In this document: piece by piece, positions 17,803-27,560 of the stretch
Layout: each line of letters begins with the position of its first letter
Position numbering within the stretch: position 1 is the first letter of the stretch
Source of the DNA: Flavobacteriales bacterium
GTDB lineage: Bacteria > Bacteroidota > Bacteroidia > Flavobacteriales_D > Sanyastnellaceae
DNA: 64,000 bases
Direction: 5' to 3'
Assembly: GCA_044349305.1 (NCBI GenBank)
Contig: JBIKRF010000004.1
Location: forward strand, 2,324-66,323
Notes under the pieces: generated by a model
The model's database searches: none
What the model was told of the DNA's origin: nothing
The model's input: the letters and a program-made list of their open reading frames with translations, nothing else
Program-made: the position numbers and the translations under genes

Positions 17803-19302
17803 ATGAAACAACTCTTTAGCTCATTCATTCTTGTTCTCCTCGCCTTCATTTCCATGACCGAATGTTCATTCGGTCAGCTTGAAAAACTGAAGGTGCTCTC
17901 GTTCAACATTCGCTACAACAATCCGAATGATGGCGAAAACAGTTGGCCGAACAGAAGCGAACGTGTAAAGAATTTTCTTTGGAGCGAAAGTCCCGATATT
18001 ATTGGATTTCAGGAAGTCTTACACAACGAAGTTCTTGAACTCGATCGCGCGCTTTTCAATTATAATTTTAGTCAGCGTCAATACACCCGCATTGGTGTTG
18101 GAAGAGAAGATGGGAAAACCAAAGGCGAGTACTCCCCTATTTACTTCCGATCGAATCGCTTTCAACTCATCTCTTCCAAAACCGTTTGGCTTTCACAAAC
18201 ACCTGATAAACCAAGCAAAGGTTGGGACGCTGCATGCGAGCGCATAGCCACGTTTGCGTTGTTGTTCGATGAAGAACTAAAAGACACTTTGTTGGTGGTG
18301 AATGCGCATTGGGATCATGTGGGAGTTGTGGCTCGACAAGAAAGCGCGAAACTTATTCTGAAAGAAATTGAAGGCTTCACTTCCGTTCAAAATATAATTT
18401 TCATGGGCGATTTGAATTGCAAGCCGGAAGATCCTGCTTTGAAAAAACTTCGTGCAGAATTTTCCGATGCGGGAATGGGTGCTTCATCAAAGGTTGGAAC
18501 ATTCAACAATTTCGAACGCGCTGCAAATCCAAAGGCTCCGCGTATAGACTACGTTTTCTACAAATTGAAAAACCTCGGTTTTCATTCCTACAAAGTTGGA
18601 AATACCAATGTTAATGAACCGCTACTTTCAGACCACTTCCCTATCATTGTTGAATTCGAACAGATGAATTCAACATTGGAAGGAAGGTTTCAATTCAATC
18701 TAAAAAACACACCTCTTGTATTTGTAGACTCTCTTCTTCATGTTGAAACATTGAAGTGCTATGTTGGGCATATCGAGTTGCTCGATATGAATAAACAAAT
18801 CATTGGGAGAGATTCTTTTTCTTACCGACTGATCGATTTCAAAAATTCTAATTCATTAAATTTTTCTGTAAATACAAATTCGAATTACGCAAGTTACGTG
18901 CGTCTTACTTTGGGAGTCGATTCAATAACAAACGCTACTGGCATTCACTGTTGCGCGTTAGATCCGGCGAACGGCATGTATTGGAGCTGGCAAAGTGGAT
19001 ACATTCAGTTTAAGTTGGAAGGAAAAGAAAAAGACGGTACTGCATTAAACCTTCACCTCGGTGGCTTCTCCAATGCTTATATGAGTTCAATCACTGATGA
19101 CATACCAATTCTTCGAATGGTCACTGGCGGACCGGTTCTGCCGCCTGATAGAAGGTCGCAAGAGGTGACTATTCATTTGAAGCTGGATTCTTTGATGGAG
19201 CTTGTTCACGCAAACAAAGAGTATTCACTCATGAGTCCGAACAATCATGTTCAAGAATACATGCGCGCATTGTGTGCTTCCTTTTCAGCGATAATGAAAT
19301 GA
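17803..19302 (+). CDS. Fusion protein: endonuclease/exonuclease/phosphatase (EEP) domain plus a C-terminal MbnP-like domain
   Basis: Signal peptide. EEP blocks include LKVLSFNIRY, IIGFQEV, NAHWDH and LLSDHFPI. The C-terminal 210 or so aa carry LKCYVGHIELLD and DPANGMYWSWQSGYIQFKLEGK, recalled as MbnP-family-like. An MbnH-like gene follows with an ATGA overlap. Confidence 0.6.
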   Translation: MKQLFSSFILVLLAFISMTECSFGQLEKLKVLSFNIRYNNPNDGENSWPNRSERVKNFLWSESPDIIGFQEVLHNEVLELDRALFNYNFSQRQYTRIGVGREDGKTKGEYSPIYFRSNRFQLISSKTVWLSQTPDKPSKGWDAACERIATFALLFDEELKDTLLVVNAHWDHVGVVARQESAKLILKEIEGFTSVQNIIFMGDLNCKPEDPALKKLRAEFSDAGMGASSKVGTFNNFERAANPKAPRIDYVFYKLKNLGFHSYKVGNTNVNEPLLSDHFPIIVEFEQMNSTLEGRFQFNLKNTPLVFVDSLLHVETLKCYVGHIELLDMNKQIIGRDSFSYRLIDFKNSNSLNFSVNTNSNYASYVRLTLGVDSITNATGIHCCALDPANGMYWSWQSGYIQFKLEGKEKDGTALNLHLGGFSNAYMSSITDDIPILRMVTGGPVLPPDRRSQEVTIHLKLDSLMELVHANKEYSLMSPNNHVQEYMRALCASFSAIMK

Positions 19303-20339
19303 TTCGAAAAAGTTATTCCTTCTTCCTTTTCATTTTGCTCTTTGTCATCGCGCTTGGCTTTACCCTTCCACCTAAACGAAAAATTGTTTGGCCGAAAAAG
19401 GTTTACGACGAAAAGAACAATCCCCCTTCCAACGAAAAAAAAGAATTGGGACGCATGCTTTTTTACGATCCCATTCTCTCTTCCGACGAAACCGTTTCAT
19501 GTTCTTCGTGTCACCTCTCCTACACCGCCTTCGCGCACACCGACCACAATGTGAGTCACGGCGTATTTGATCGTGTTGGAAAACGAAACGCCCCTGCTCT
19601 CTTCAATTTAGCGTGGAAGAAAAATTTCATGTGGGACGGCGCGGTGCATAACCTCGATGCGCAAGCCATGTCTCCGATTGAAAATAAATTGGAGATGAAT
19701 GAAACATTGTTTCATGTTGTTTCGAAATTGAATGAACGGAAATTTTACCGCGAACAATTCTTCAAAGCGTGGGGAGACAGCCTGGTCACGGGTGAGCGTG
19801 TGCTGAAATCGATTTCACAATTCATGCTTTCGTTGGAAAGTAAGAACAGCAAATACGACCAGGTGTTAAAGGGTGAAATGAAATTCACCGAACAGGAAAA
19901 GAATGGCTATGTCTTGTTTCAAAAAAACTGCAACGCTTGTCACACCGAGCCTTTGTTCACGAACGACGAATTCAAATGCAACGGCATTCCGCTCGACGAT
20001 TCGCTGAATGATTTTGGAAGAGGTGCTGTTACAACCTTTAGACAAGACCGACTGACCTTCAAAGTTCCGTCGTTGCGAAATGTTGAAATGAGCTTTCCGT
20101 ATATGCATGATGGAAGGTTCAAGACCTTGCAGCAAGTCTTGAATCATTACACTTCATTAACTGGAAACGAAGAAAATATTTCTCCTCCATTAAACCATTC
20201 CGTTAATCTTTCTTCCAATGAGAAGCAGGACCTTATTGCGTTTCTGCTGACCTTAACTGATCATGAATTTTTAACTCGAAAAGATTATCAATTTCCACAA
20301 ACCCTTCAACATGAAATTACGAAACGTCCTCATCGTTAG
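19299..20339 (+). CDS. Di-haem cytochrome c peroxidase family protein (MbnH-like)
   Basis: Two CxxCH haem motifs (CSSCH, CNACH) in a CCP/MauG-like scaffold. The ATG at 19299 overlaps the upstream stop (ATGA). Confidence 0.8.
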   Translation: MIRKSYSFFLFILLFVIALGFTLPPKRKIVWPKKVYDEKNNPPSNEKKELGRMLFYDPILSSDETVSCSSCHLSYTAFAHTDHNVSHGVFDRVGKRNAPALFNLAWKKNFMWDGAVHNLDAQAMSPIENKLEMNETLFHVVSKLNERKFYREQFFKAWGDSLVTGERVLKSISQFMLSLESKNSKYDQVLKGEMKFTEQEKNGYVLFQKNCNACHTEPLFTNDEFKCNGIPLDDSLNDFGRGAVTTFRQDRLTFKVPSLRNVEMSFPYMHDGRFKTLQQVLNHYTSLTGNEENISPPLNHSVNLSSNEKQDLIAFLLTLTDHEFLTRKDYQFPQTLQHEITKRPHR

Positions 20340-21666
20340 TTTGATTCTTTCTGCAAGCCAGCTGCTTGCACAAGGACCAACGGTTACCTCTTGGCTTCAG
20401 AATACCAACGGTATTACTGGAAGACATTATGTAAGTGGAAATCCAACGCCAATCAATGACAACACCGCTGCGAATGTGCAAAGCGTGCTGTATTCCGCGA
20501 ACTGGGTATATGTTTCAACGAATGGAATTCCGGCATACATAACAGGTCCGTTTTTAGATGGCAATCCGTCACTGGCTACCGCACAAAATGCGATCTTTAA
20601 ATTCCCATTGGTGCCCGCACAAAACACGGGAACTCCTACGCCAACAAATGGCGGGAACATTGGCGTTTTCATTAACGGTGTTGCGCTGTTCGACTACAGA
20701 GACGGCGTTTCTTGGAACAACAACACGCAAGCTGAAGGCGGTGGGCCAATTATGGGTCCTCCGGGACAAGGTGTTTGGAATCGCGATGCAGTTCCTGCAG
20801 AACGCTTAGGTTTCGATTGCGCGAAGGGTCATCCGGCTATGGGGAATTATCACCACCACCAAAATCCGAGTGCTTTCAATTTAGACTTAGTTGTACTCTC
20901 AACGGTTTGCGACATCTATGCAGCAGATGCGTTGTATGTGATTAATTCAACCGAGCACTCTCCGCTTGTTGGTTATGCCTATGATGGATTTCCTATCTAC
21001 GGCGCTTATGGATTTGCTAACGCAGATGGAACCGGCGGAGTGGTAAGAATCAAAAGCGGATATCAACTGAGAAACATTACCACGCGCACGCAATACGCAG
21101 ATGGAACCACGGTCACTGCTGGTCCTGCTGTTAGCACTACTTATCCGCTTGGCAGATACCGCGAAGACTATGAGTTCATTGCTCATCCGGGAATGGACGA
21201 TTATTTAGACGCACATAACGGACGTTTTTGCGTGACACCTGAATATCCGAATGGCACCTACGCCTACTTCTGCACGGTAGATGAGAATCACAATTCGGCT
21301 TATCCTTATGCTGTTGGACCAACGTTCTACGGAACGAAAGTCGCGGCGCGCGTTAACACCATCACGGAAGCCGTTACGACTTACACTCCAAATGCGGTTG
21401 CTGAAGTTCAATTGGAAAATGTAAACGTAAATACGTATCCGAATCCGGTTCAAGATGTGTTGGCGGTTCAAGTGAATACCGTGAACAGATCGAATGTTCA
21501 AGTTGAATTATTGAGCGCCGACGGAAAATTAATTTCGAGTACCGTTCTTTATCAAGGAAGCACGCTAGCTTATTTCGACACTCGCACGTTATACAACGGA
21601 ACGTATTTCGTTCGTGTTGGAAGTGGAAAAAACAGTGTGACGAAGAAAGTGGTGGTTTCGCATTAA
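20311..21666 (+). CDS. YHYH domain-containing secreted protein with a T9SS C-terminal domain
   Basis: Signal peptide and the GHPAMGNYHHHQNP (YHYH) block. The C-terminus TYPNPVQDVLAVQV...GTYFVRVGSGKNSVTKKVVVSH is a sorting domain. It overlaps the previous gene by 29 nt. Confidence 0.75.
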   Translation: MKLRNVLIVSLILSASQLLAQGPTVTSWLQNTNGITGRHYVSGNPTPINDNTAANVQSVLYSANWVYVSTNGIPAYITGPFLDGNPSLATAQNAIFKFPLVPAQNTGTPTPTNGGNIGVFINGVALFDYRDGVSWNNNTQAEGGGPIMGPPGQGVWNRDAVPAERLGFDCAKGHPAMGNYHHHQNPSAFNLDLVVLSTVCDIYAADALYVINSTEHSPLVGYAYDGFPIYGAYGFANADGTGGVVRIKSGYQLRNITTRTQYADGTTVTAGPAVSTTYPLGRYREDYEFIAHPGMDDYLDAHNGRFCVTPEYPNGTYAYFCTVDENHNSAYPYAVGPTFYGTKVAARVNTITEAVTTYTPNAVAEVQLENVNVNTYPNPVQDVLAVQVNTVNRSNVQVELLSADGKLISSTVLYQGSTLAYFDTRTLYNGTYFVRVGSGKNSVTKKVVVSH

Positions 21667-21718
21667 GAAAGAGAATGAAAAACAGAGTGAGAGTGAGAGT
21701 GAGGATGAGATAATAAGA

Positions 21719-21745
21719 AAGGAGCCTTAACGGCTCCTTCTTTGT
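21719..21745. terminator. Bidirectional terminator hairpin between convergent genes
   Basis: Stem aggagcc/ggctcct with loop ttaac, and T-rich flanks on both strands. It overlaps the stop codon of the minus-strand helicase gene. Confidence 0.6.
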
Positions 21746-23019
21746 TTCTTGTCGCGTTCTTGTTTGAACTTCATCTTCGCTTGTAGCGATTTCTTTTCGT
21801 GGAATGCGCCTTTGAATTCAGGATTGTCTAATCGCTTTTGGCGATCGATTTCGCGGGCTTGCTCTTGCTTTTCTTCAGGCTCGGTCTTTTCAATATGAAC
21901 GACTTCGGGGATTTCGAAAACCGGAATGGTTTGACGAATAATTTTCTGAATGTTGGTCAAGTGATATTCTTCCGATTGGTCTACGAAACTAATGGCAACG
22001 CCTGTTTTGAATGCGCGACCTGTTCTTCCGATGCGGTGAACGTAGTCTTCGTAATGGCCGGGTACTTGAAAATTTACTACGTGAGAAACCTCGAACACGT
22101 CTATGCCTCGAGCGGTAACGTCGGTGCTAACGAGAATGCGAACGTTTCCGTCTTTGAAATCTTTAATCGCGTTCATGCGCGAGTTCTGTCCAATGTTACT
22201 GTGCAGGAATCTAATCTCACCCACATTGCTTCGCTCCATGAATTTCCCCATGCTTGTCGCATCGGCTTTCGTGCGAACAAATACCATCACACGCTTCATC
22301 TCATCTCCTTCTAAAAGGTGCATGAGCAAGTTCAATTTCGTCTTGAAGTTTGGAACCATGTAGACTCTCTGTTCCACTGTGGTAGCCGGAGTGGCCTGAG
22401 GCGTTACTTCAACACGTGAAGGGAACAAAAGGAAGTTGTCTGCAATGCGTTCTACACGCTCAGGAAAAGTTGCAGAGAACAACAACTGTTGTTTTTTCTG
22501 CGGAAGCTTTTCTTGTATTTCACGCAGCTGTGGCCAGAATCCCATGTCCATCATGCGGTCACATTCATCGAGCACCACGTGCTTTATTTTCTTCGGAATA
22601 ATTACGCGTTTCGCATAGATCTCTAGAAATCTTCCCGGAGTGGCGACAATAATATCAACTCCTTTCTTAATCGTTTCAATTTGTGTCTTCGGACCAACGC
22701 CGCCGTATAAGGCCACATAGCGAAGCTCTGTGTACTTGCAAAGACTTTGAATTTGTTCTTCCACCTGAACCACCAATTCTTTGGTTGGAACAAGGATAAG
22801 CGCACGTGGCTCATCTCCTTGTGGATACTTCAACAATTGCAGCAACGGGAGCACATAAGCCGCCGTTTTTCCAGTACCGGTTTGTGCAATTCCTATGACG
22901 TCTTGTCCGCCCAAAACTCGAGGAATAACTTTCTCTTGAATCTCGGAAGGAGACTCATACCCCAACTCATTTACAGCGTCTAAAAACTGTCTCGTTAACT
23001 TTAACTCTTCGAACGTCAT
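21727..23019 (-). CDS. DEAD-box ATP-dependent RNA helicase (RhlE-like) with a basic C-terminal tail
   Basis: Q-motif, AQTGTGKT, DECD (a variant of DEAD), SAT and HRIGRTGR motifs. Confidence 0.9.
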   Translation of the reverse strand: MTFEELKLTRQFLDAVNELGYESPSEIQEKVIPRVLGGQDVIGIAQTGTGKTAAYVLPLLQLLKYPQGDEPRALILVPTKELVVQVEEQIQSLCKYTELRYVALYGGVGPKTQIETIKKGVDIIVATPGRFLEIYAKRVIIPKKIKHVVLDECDRMMDMGFWPQLREIQEKLPQKKQQLLFSATFPERVERIADNFLLFPSRVEVTPQATPATTVEQRVYMVPNFKTKLNLLMHLLEGDEMKRVMVFVRTKADATSMGKFMERSNVGEIRFLHSNIGQNSRMNAIKDFKDGNVRILVSTDVTARGIDVFEVSHVVNFQVPGHYEDYVHRIGRTGRAFKTGVAISFVDQSEEYHLTNIQKIIRQTIPVFEIPEVVHIEKTEPEEKQEQAREIDRQKRLDNPEFKGAFHEKKSLQAKMKFKQERDKKQRRSR

Positions 23020-23023
23020 TCCA

Positions 23024-23031
23024 CAAAGGTA
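23024..23031 (-). promoter_or_regulatory. Candidate -7 element (tacctttg on the minus strand), 4 nt from the helicase ATG
   Basis: The plus strand reads caaaggta, which is TAnnTTTG on the minus strand. This implies a leaderless or very short-leader mRNA. Confidence 0.3.
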
Positions 23032-23065
23032 ACCTTCTTATCTTCGTGTCCGAAAATCATTTTCA

Positions 23066-25099
23066 ATGAAAAAAATATTTATCGCATTTATTGCGCTTGG
23101 CCTTACTGCTTGGTGCTATTTCCAATTCAAAGATCAGGTTGCGCAGCTTCCGAAATCTGAAACCGAAAACGGACCGTTCGAATACGAAGTAGATCGCTTT
23201 GCCGACATTCGAATTCTCCGTTACAAACTAGATGGATTCGACAAGTTAACCACGAAACAAAAAGAATTCGTTTATTACTTAACGCAGGCAGGCCTTGCTG
23301 GTCGCGACATTATGTGGGATCAGAACTGCAAATACAATTTGGAAGTTCGTAGCATCTTCGAGAAAATTTATACTTCTTATTCAGGAGATAAAACGGCTGA
23401 AGAGTGGTTGAACCTTGAAACCTATTTGAAGCAATTGTGGATGAGCAACGGTATTCATCACCATTACAGCAACATTAAGCACACGCCGAAATTCAGCAAA
23501 GAGTATTTCGTTTCGCTTTGCGGCGCAACGAATACGCAGGTTTCAGAAGAGATTATGGAAGTTATCTTCAATCCGAATGTTGCCAACATGAAAGTGGAAA
23601 GCGACGCTTCAAAAGGATTGATAGAAAATTCTGCTGTTAACTTCTACGAAGGCGTTACCACAAAAGAAGCCTTTGATTTTTATGCATCGAAGGAAGTTGC
23701 GGGTGATCGCGCGCCTTTGTCTTACGGCATTAACGCCAATCTTCGCAAAGAAAATGGCGTTATTGTGGAAGATGTTTATCGCGTAGGAGGCAAATACAGC
23801 GCGGCTTTGGAGCAAGTGGTATTCTGGTTGAACAAAGCAGAAAAGGTTGCAGAAAACGATAAGCAAGCGGTTGCACTTCGTAAGTTGATTGAATTTTACA
23901 CAACTGGAGATTTGCGCACATGGGACGACTTCAACATTCAATGGGTGAAGGCGACTGAAGGAGACATAGACTTCATTCACGGTTTTGTGGAAGTGTATAA
24001 CGATCCGCTTGGAAAGCGTGGTTCTTACGAAAGTGTTGTTGAGATCAACGATTTCGAAGCGAGTGATCGCATGAAGGTGATGATGCAAAACGCACAATGG
24101 TTCGAAGACAACTCCCCTATTCTTCCTGAACACAAGAAGAAAGAAGTAAAAGGAATTACTTACAAAGTGGTGAACGTTGCTGGTGAATCTGGCGATGCGA
24201 ATCCATCTACTCCAATTGGAGTGAACCTTCCGAATGCACAATGGATTCGCGCCATGCACGGATCGAAGAGTGTGAGTTTAGGAAACATTGAAGACGCTGC
24301 AAACAACGCAGGTGGTTCGGGTATGTTGAAGGAATTCGCGAACGACGAAGAAGAAATTGCTCGTGCTGAAAAGCACGGAGCAACGGCTGGAAAAATGCAC
24401 ACTGCTATGCACGAGGTTATTGGACACGCAAGTGGACAATTGGAGGCGAACGTATCTGCTAGTTCTCAAACATTGAAAGAGTTCGCTTCAACCATTGAAG
24501 AAGGAAGAGCTGACTTGGTTGCCCTTTATTATGTTATGGATCCGAAGTTGGTTGAAATGGGATTGATGGAAAGTTTGGAAGTGGGCAAAGCGGAATACGA
24601 TGGATACATTCGTAACGCGATGTTGGTTCAAATGAGAAGATTGAAAATGGGTGAAGACATTGCTGAAGCGCACATGCGCAATCGCGCTTGGATTAGCAAT
24701 TGGATCATTGAAAAAGGTGCATCTGCAAATGTTATTTCGAGAGAAGTTCGCGATGGCAAAACGTATTTCAACATTAACGATTACGACAAGATGCGCGATC
24801 TAGTGGGTGAATTGTTGCGTGAAGTTCAACGCATCACTTCTCAAGGAGATTACAACGCGGCCAAAGCATTAGCGGACGGATACGGAAAGAAAGTTGATCC
24901 AACCTTGCACGCTGAAGTGCTTGCTAGATCAGAGAAATTAAACATTCCTCCGTACAACGGATTCGTAAATCCGATTCTTACACCAGTGTTGGATTCAAAC
25001 GGAAAAATGATTGACGTAACCGTGAGTTACACCAAGACCTTCGCAGAACAAATGTTAAATTATAGCAAGAACTACGGTTTCCTTGCACCAAAAAAATAA
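23066..25099 (+). CDS. Peptidase family M49 (dipeptidyl-peptidase III-like) protein
   Basis: 677 aa with a HEVIGH zinc motif (HExxGH) and a downstream EEGRAD second motif. Confidence 0.8.
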   Translation: MKKIFIAFIALGLTAWCYFQFKDQVAQLPKSETENGPFEYEVDRFADIRILRYKLDGFDKLTTKQKEFVYYLTQAGLAGRDIMWDQNCKYNLEVRSIFEKIYTSYSGDKTAEEWLNLETYLKQLWMSNGIHHHYSNIKHTPKFSKEYFVSLCGATNTQVSEEIMEVIFNPNVANMKVESDASKGLIENSAVNFYEGVTTKEAFDFYASKEVAGDRAPLSYGINANLRKENGVIVEDVYRVGGKYSAALEQVVFWLNKAEKVAENDKQAVALRKLIEFYTTGDLRTWDDFNIQWVKATEGDIDFIHGFVEVYNDPLGKRGSYESVVEINDFEASDRMKVMMQNAQWFEDNSPILPEHKKKEVKGITYKVVNVAGESGDANPSTPIGVNLPNAQWIRAMHGSKSVSLGNIEDAANNAGGSGMLKEFANDEEEIARAEKHGATAGKMHTAMHEVIGHASGQLEANVSASSQTLKEFASTIEEGRADLVALYYVMDPKLVEMGLMESLEVGKAEYDGYIRNAMLVQMRRLKMGEDIAEAHMRNRAWISNWIIEKGASANVISREVRDGKTYFNINDYDKMRDLVGELLREVQRITSQGDYNAAKALADGYGKKVDPTLHAEVLARSEKLNIPPYNGFVNPILTPVLDSNGKMIDVTVSYTKTFAEQMLNYSKNYGFLAPKK

Positions 25100-25102
25100 G
25101 AT

Positions 25103-26731
25103 ATGTCGAAAGGAGTATTTCAAGTACCACTTCCTGTTAACGAACCCGTAAAAGGTTATGCACCTGGAAGTGCAGAGCGTGCATCGCTTTCAGCCATGTA
25201 CAAAAAAATGTACAATCAAGAACCCATCGATGTTCCCATGTACATAGGTTCTTCGTTGGTAAGAACTGAGGAAAAATTAGCGCTTACTTCTCCGCAAGAA
25301 CATGCGAAAGTATTGGGCTACTTGAATCGCGGTACAAAAGACCACGTTATTGAAGCCATTGATACTGCGTTAGCTGCTCGCGAACGTTGGGCGCAATTGC
25401 CATGGGAACATCGCGCTGCGATTTTCCTTCGTGCAGCCGATTTACTTGCTGGTCCATACAGAGACCGCATGAATGCAGCAACTATGTTGGGGCAAGGAAA
25501 GAATGCGCATCAAGCTGAAATTGATGCGGCATGTGAGTTCATCGATTTCCTTCGTTTCAATGTGTTGTACATGCAACAGATTTACAACGAGCAACCGGGA
25601 TCACAGCCGGGTATGTGGAACCGTTTGGAATACCGTCCGCTTGAAGGATTCGTATTCGCGATTACTCCATTCAACTTTACTGCTATTGCTGGAAACTTAC
25701 CTGCAAGTGCAGCCATGATGGGAAATGTGTGTGTATGGAAACCTGCTGATACACAAGTATACAGCGCACATGTAATTATGGAATTGTTCCGCGATGCTGG
25801 ATTACCAGACGGCGTAATTAACATGATTACCGTTGACGGACCTGTTGCTGGAGACGTTGTGTTCTCTCACAGAGATTTCGCAGGACTTCACTTTACTGGA
25901 TCTACCGCTGTGTTCAAGCACTTGTGGAAAGAGATTGGAAGCAACCTAGACAAATACAGAACTTATCCGCGTATTGTTGGAGAAACGGGTGGAAAAGACT
26001 TCATTGTGGCTCATCCGTCTGCCAATGCAGAAGAAGTTGCTACAGCTATTGTACGTGGCGCTTTCGAGTTCCAAGGACAGAAGTGTTCTGCTGCAAGCCG
26101 AAGCTACATACCTCGTTCGTTATGGCCAGCAGTGAAAGAGAAATTGATTAGCGACTTGAAGGCGATTACCGTTGGAAGTCCTGAAGACTTCACCAACTTC
26201 GTGAATGCTGTTATTGATCGTAGATCTTTCGATAAAATCAAAGGATACATTGAATACATCAAGACGCAAAGCGACGCTGAAATTATTGCAGGTGGGACAT
26301 ACGACGACTCTGTCGGATTCTTTGTTGATCCAACAGTTGTTGTAACCACCAATCCGAAATTCAGAACCATGGAAGAAGAAATCTTTGGTCCAGTTGTAAC
26401 GCTTTATGTGTATGAAGATGAGTTGTGGGCAGACACATTGCATTTGGTGAATGAGACTAGCGATTACGCATTAACAGGAGCTGTTATCTCGAAGGATCGT
26501 TATGCTATTGATCAGGCAATGCGCGTATTGGAAAACGCTGCGGGTAACTTCTATATCAACGACAAACCAACAGGAGCAGTTGTAGGACAGCAGCCGTTTG
26601 GTGGTGCTCGTGGAAGTGGAACCAACGACAAAGCCGGATCATACTTGAACTTGTTGCGTTGGGTTTCTCCGCGCACCATTAAAGAAACTTTTGTAACACC
26701 AGCACATTACACTTACCCTTGGAATGCCTAA
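25103..26731 (+). CDS. pruA: L-glutamate gamma-semialdehyde (1-pyrroline-5-carboxylate) dehydrogenase
   Basis: 542-aa aldehyde dehydrogenase with ETGGKD and FEFQGQKCSA active-site blocks. The length and ends are typical of PruA. Confidence 0.85.
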   Translation: MSKGVFQVPLPVNEPVKGYAPGSAERASLSAMYKKMYNQEPIDVPMYIGSSLVRTEEKLALTSPQEHAKVLGYLNRGTKDHVIEAIDTALAARERWAQLPWEHRAAIFLRAADLLAGPYRDRMNAATMLGQGKNAHQAEIDAACEFIDFLRFNVLYMQQIYNEQPGSQPGMWNRLEYRPLEGFVFAITPFNFTAIAGNLPASAAMMGNVCVWKPADTQVYSAHVIMELFRDAGLPDGVINMITVDGPVAGDVVFSHRDFAGLHFTGSTAVFKHLWKEIGSNLDKYRTYPRIVGETGGKDFIVAHPSANAEEVATAIVRGAFEFQGQKCSAASRSYIPRSLWPAVKEKLISDLKAITVGSPEDFTNFVNAVIDRRSFDKIKGYIEYIKTQSDAEIIAGGTYDDSVGFFVDPTVVVTTNPKFRTMEEEIFGPVVTLYVYEDELWADTLHLVNETSDYALTGAVISKDRYAIDQAMRVLENAAGNFYINDKPTGAVVGQQPFGGARGSGTNDKAGSYLNLLRWVSPRTIKETFVTPAHYTYPWNA

Positions 26732-26743
26732 ACAATAAGGCTT

Positions 26744-27298
26744 GTGGATGCATTTGAAATTATAAAAGAAACCCTTGTCGACAATCCGTCTGTGTTATTT
26801 ACGGTTGGCGATAAGGGCTTCTTTCGTTTTAAGGTGAAGCTTATCGCCAGGCTGCTTCATTCGGAAGCAAGCAAGAACAGCGGTGCATACGTTGATCAAT
26901 CTGGAGAAGGTGTGATTTTGTTTTTCGAAGAGAAGAATAAAAAATCGGCTTCCGTATTTATTCAACTGCTTGTCATTCTTTTTGCCATTGGACCGTTCCG
27001 ATTGCCTCGCGTATGGCGACGGAAGCAAGAAGTTGCAGCCTTCCATTCGTTGTGGCCGAACTACATTTATTGCAGTTATTTAGCGGTCCGCAAATCTGCA
27101 CGTGGACACGGTGCCATTTTCGAATTACGCAATGCCTTGTTTCAATTTCAACAAGAAAAACAATTACCCATCTTGGTTGAAACAACCGTAGAGAAGAACA
27201 AGCGCATCTACGAGCGCATTGGCTTTCGCGTGTATGATGAACGCGTGGTTAGTGGGTTTAAGACGTATTGCATGGTGAAGGAACATTCTATCAATTAA
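26744..27298 (+). CDS. GNAT family N-acetyltransferase
   Basis: GTG start. An acetyl-CoA binding-type block (RKSARGHGAIFEL) sits in a roughly 180-aa protein. Confidence 0.55.
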   Translation: MDAFEIIKETLVDNPSVLFTVGDKGFFRFKVKLIARLLHSEASKNSGAYVDQSGEGVILFFEEKNKKSASVFIQLLVILFAIGPFRLPRVWRRKQEVAAFHSLWPNYIYCSYLAVRKSARGHGAIFELRNALFQFQQEKQLPILVETTVEKNKRIYERIGFRVYDERVVSGFKTYCMVKEHSIN

Positions 27299-27331
27299 TT
27301 TAATTAACTTAGACTATCAAACTTCGAGATT

Positions 27332-27559
27332 ATGACAACAGCAGCATTAAGAACTAAAGTTCATGAATACATAGACGAAGCCGACAGCAAGGTGCTCGAA
27401 GTGGTATTCAAATTACTTGAGGTATACCGCGAGAACAATTCTAGTATGCTTTCTCAAAAGGATCAAGAAGAAATTATCCAACGATCTGTGCAGTATCAAG
27501 CTGGTGCTGAGTCGAGTCTTTCATTAGCTGAAGCAAAGAAAAAACTGGGCGAGATTTAA
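27332..27559 (+). CDS. Hypothetical small helical protein (75 aa)
   Basis: Clean ATG ORF with no recognisable family. Confidence 0.4.
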   Translation: MTTAALRTKVHEYIDEADSKVLEVVFKLLEVYRENNSSMLSQKDQEEIIQRSVQYQAGAESSLSLAEAKKKLGEI

Positions 27560-27560
27560 A

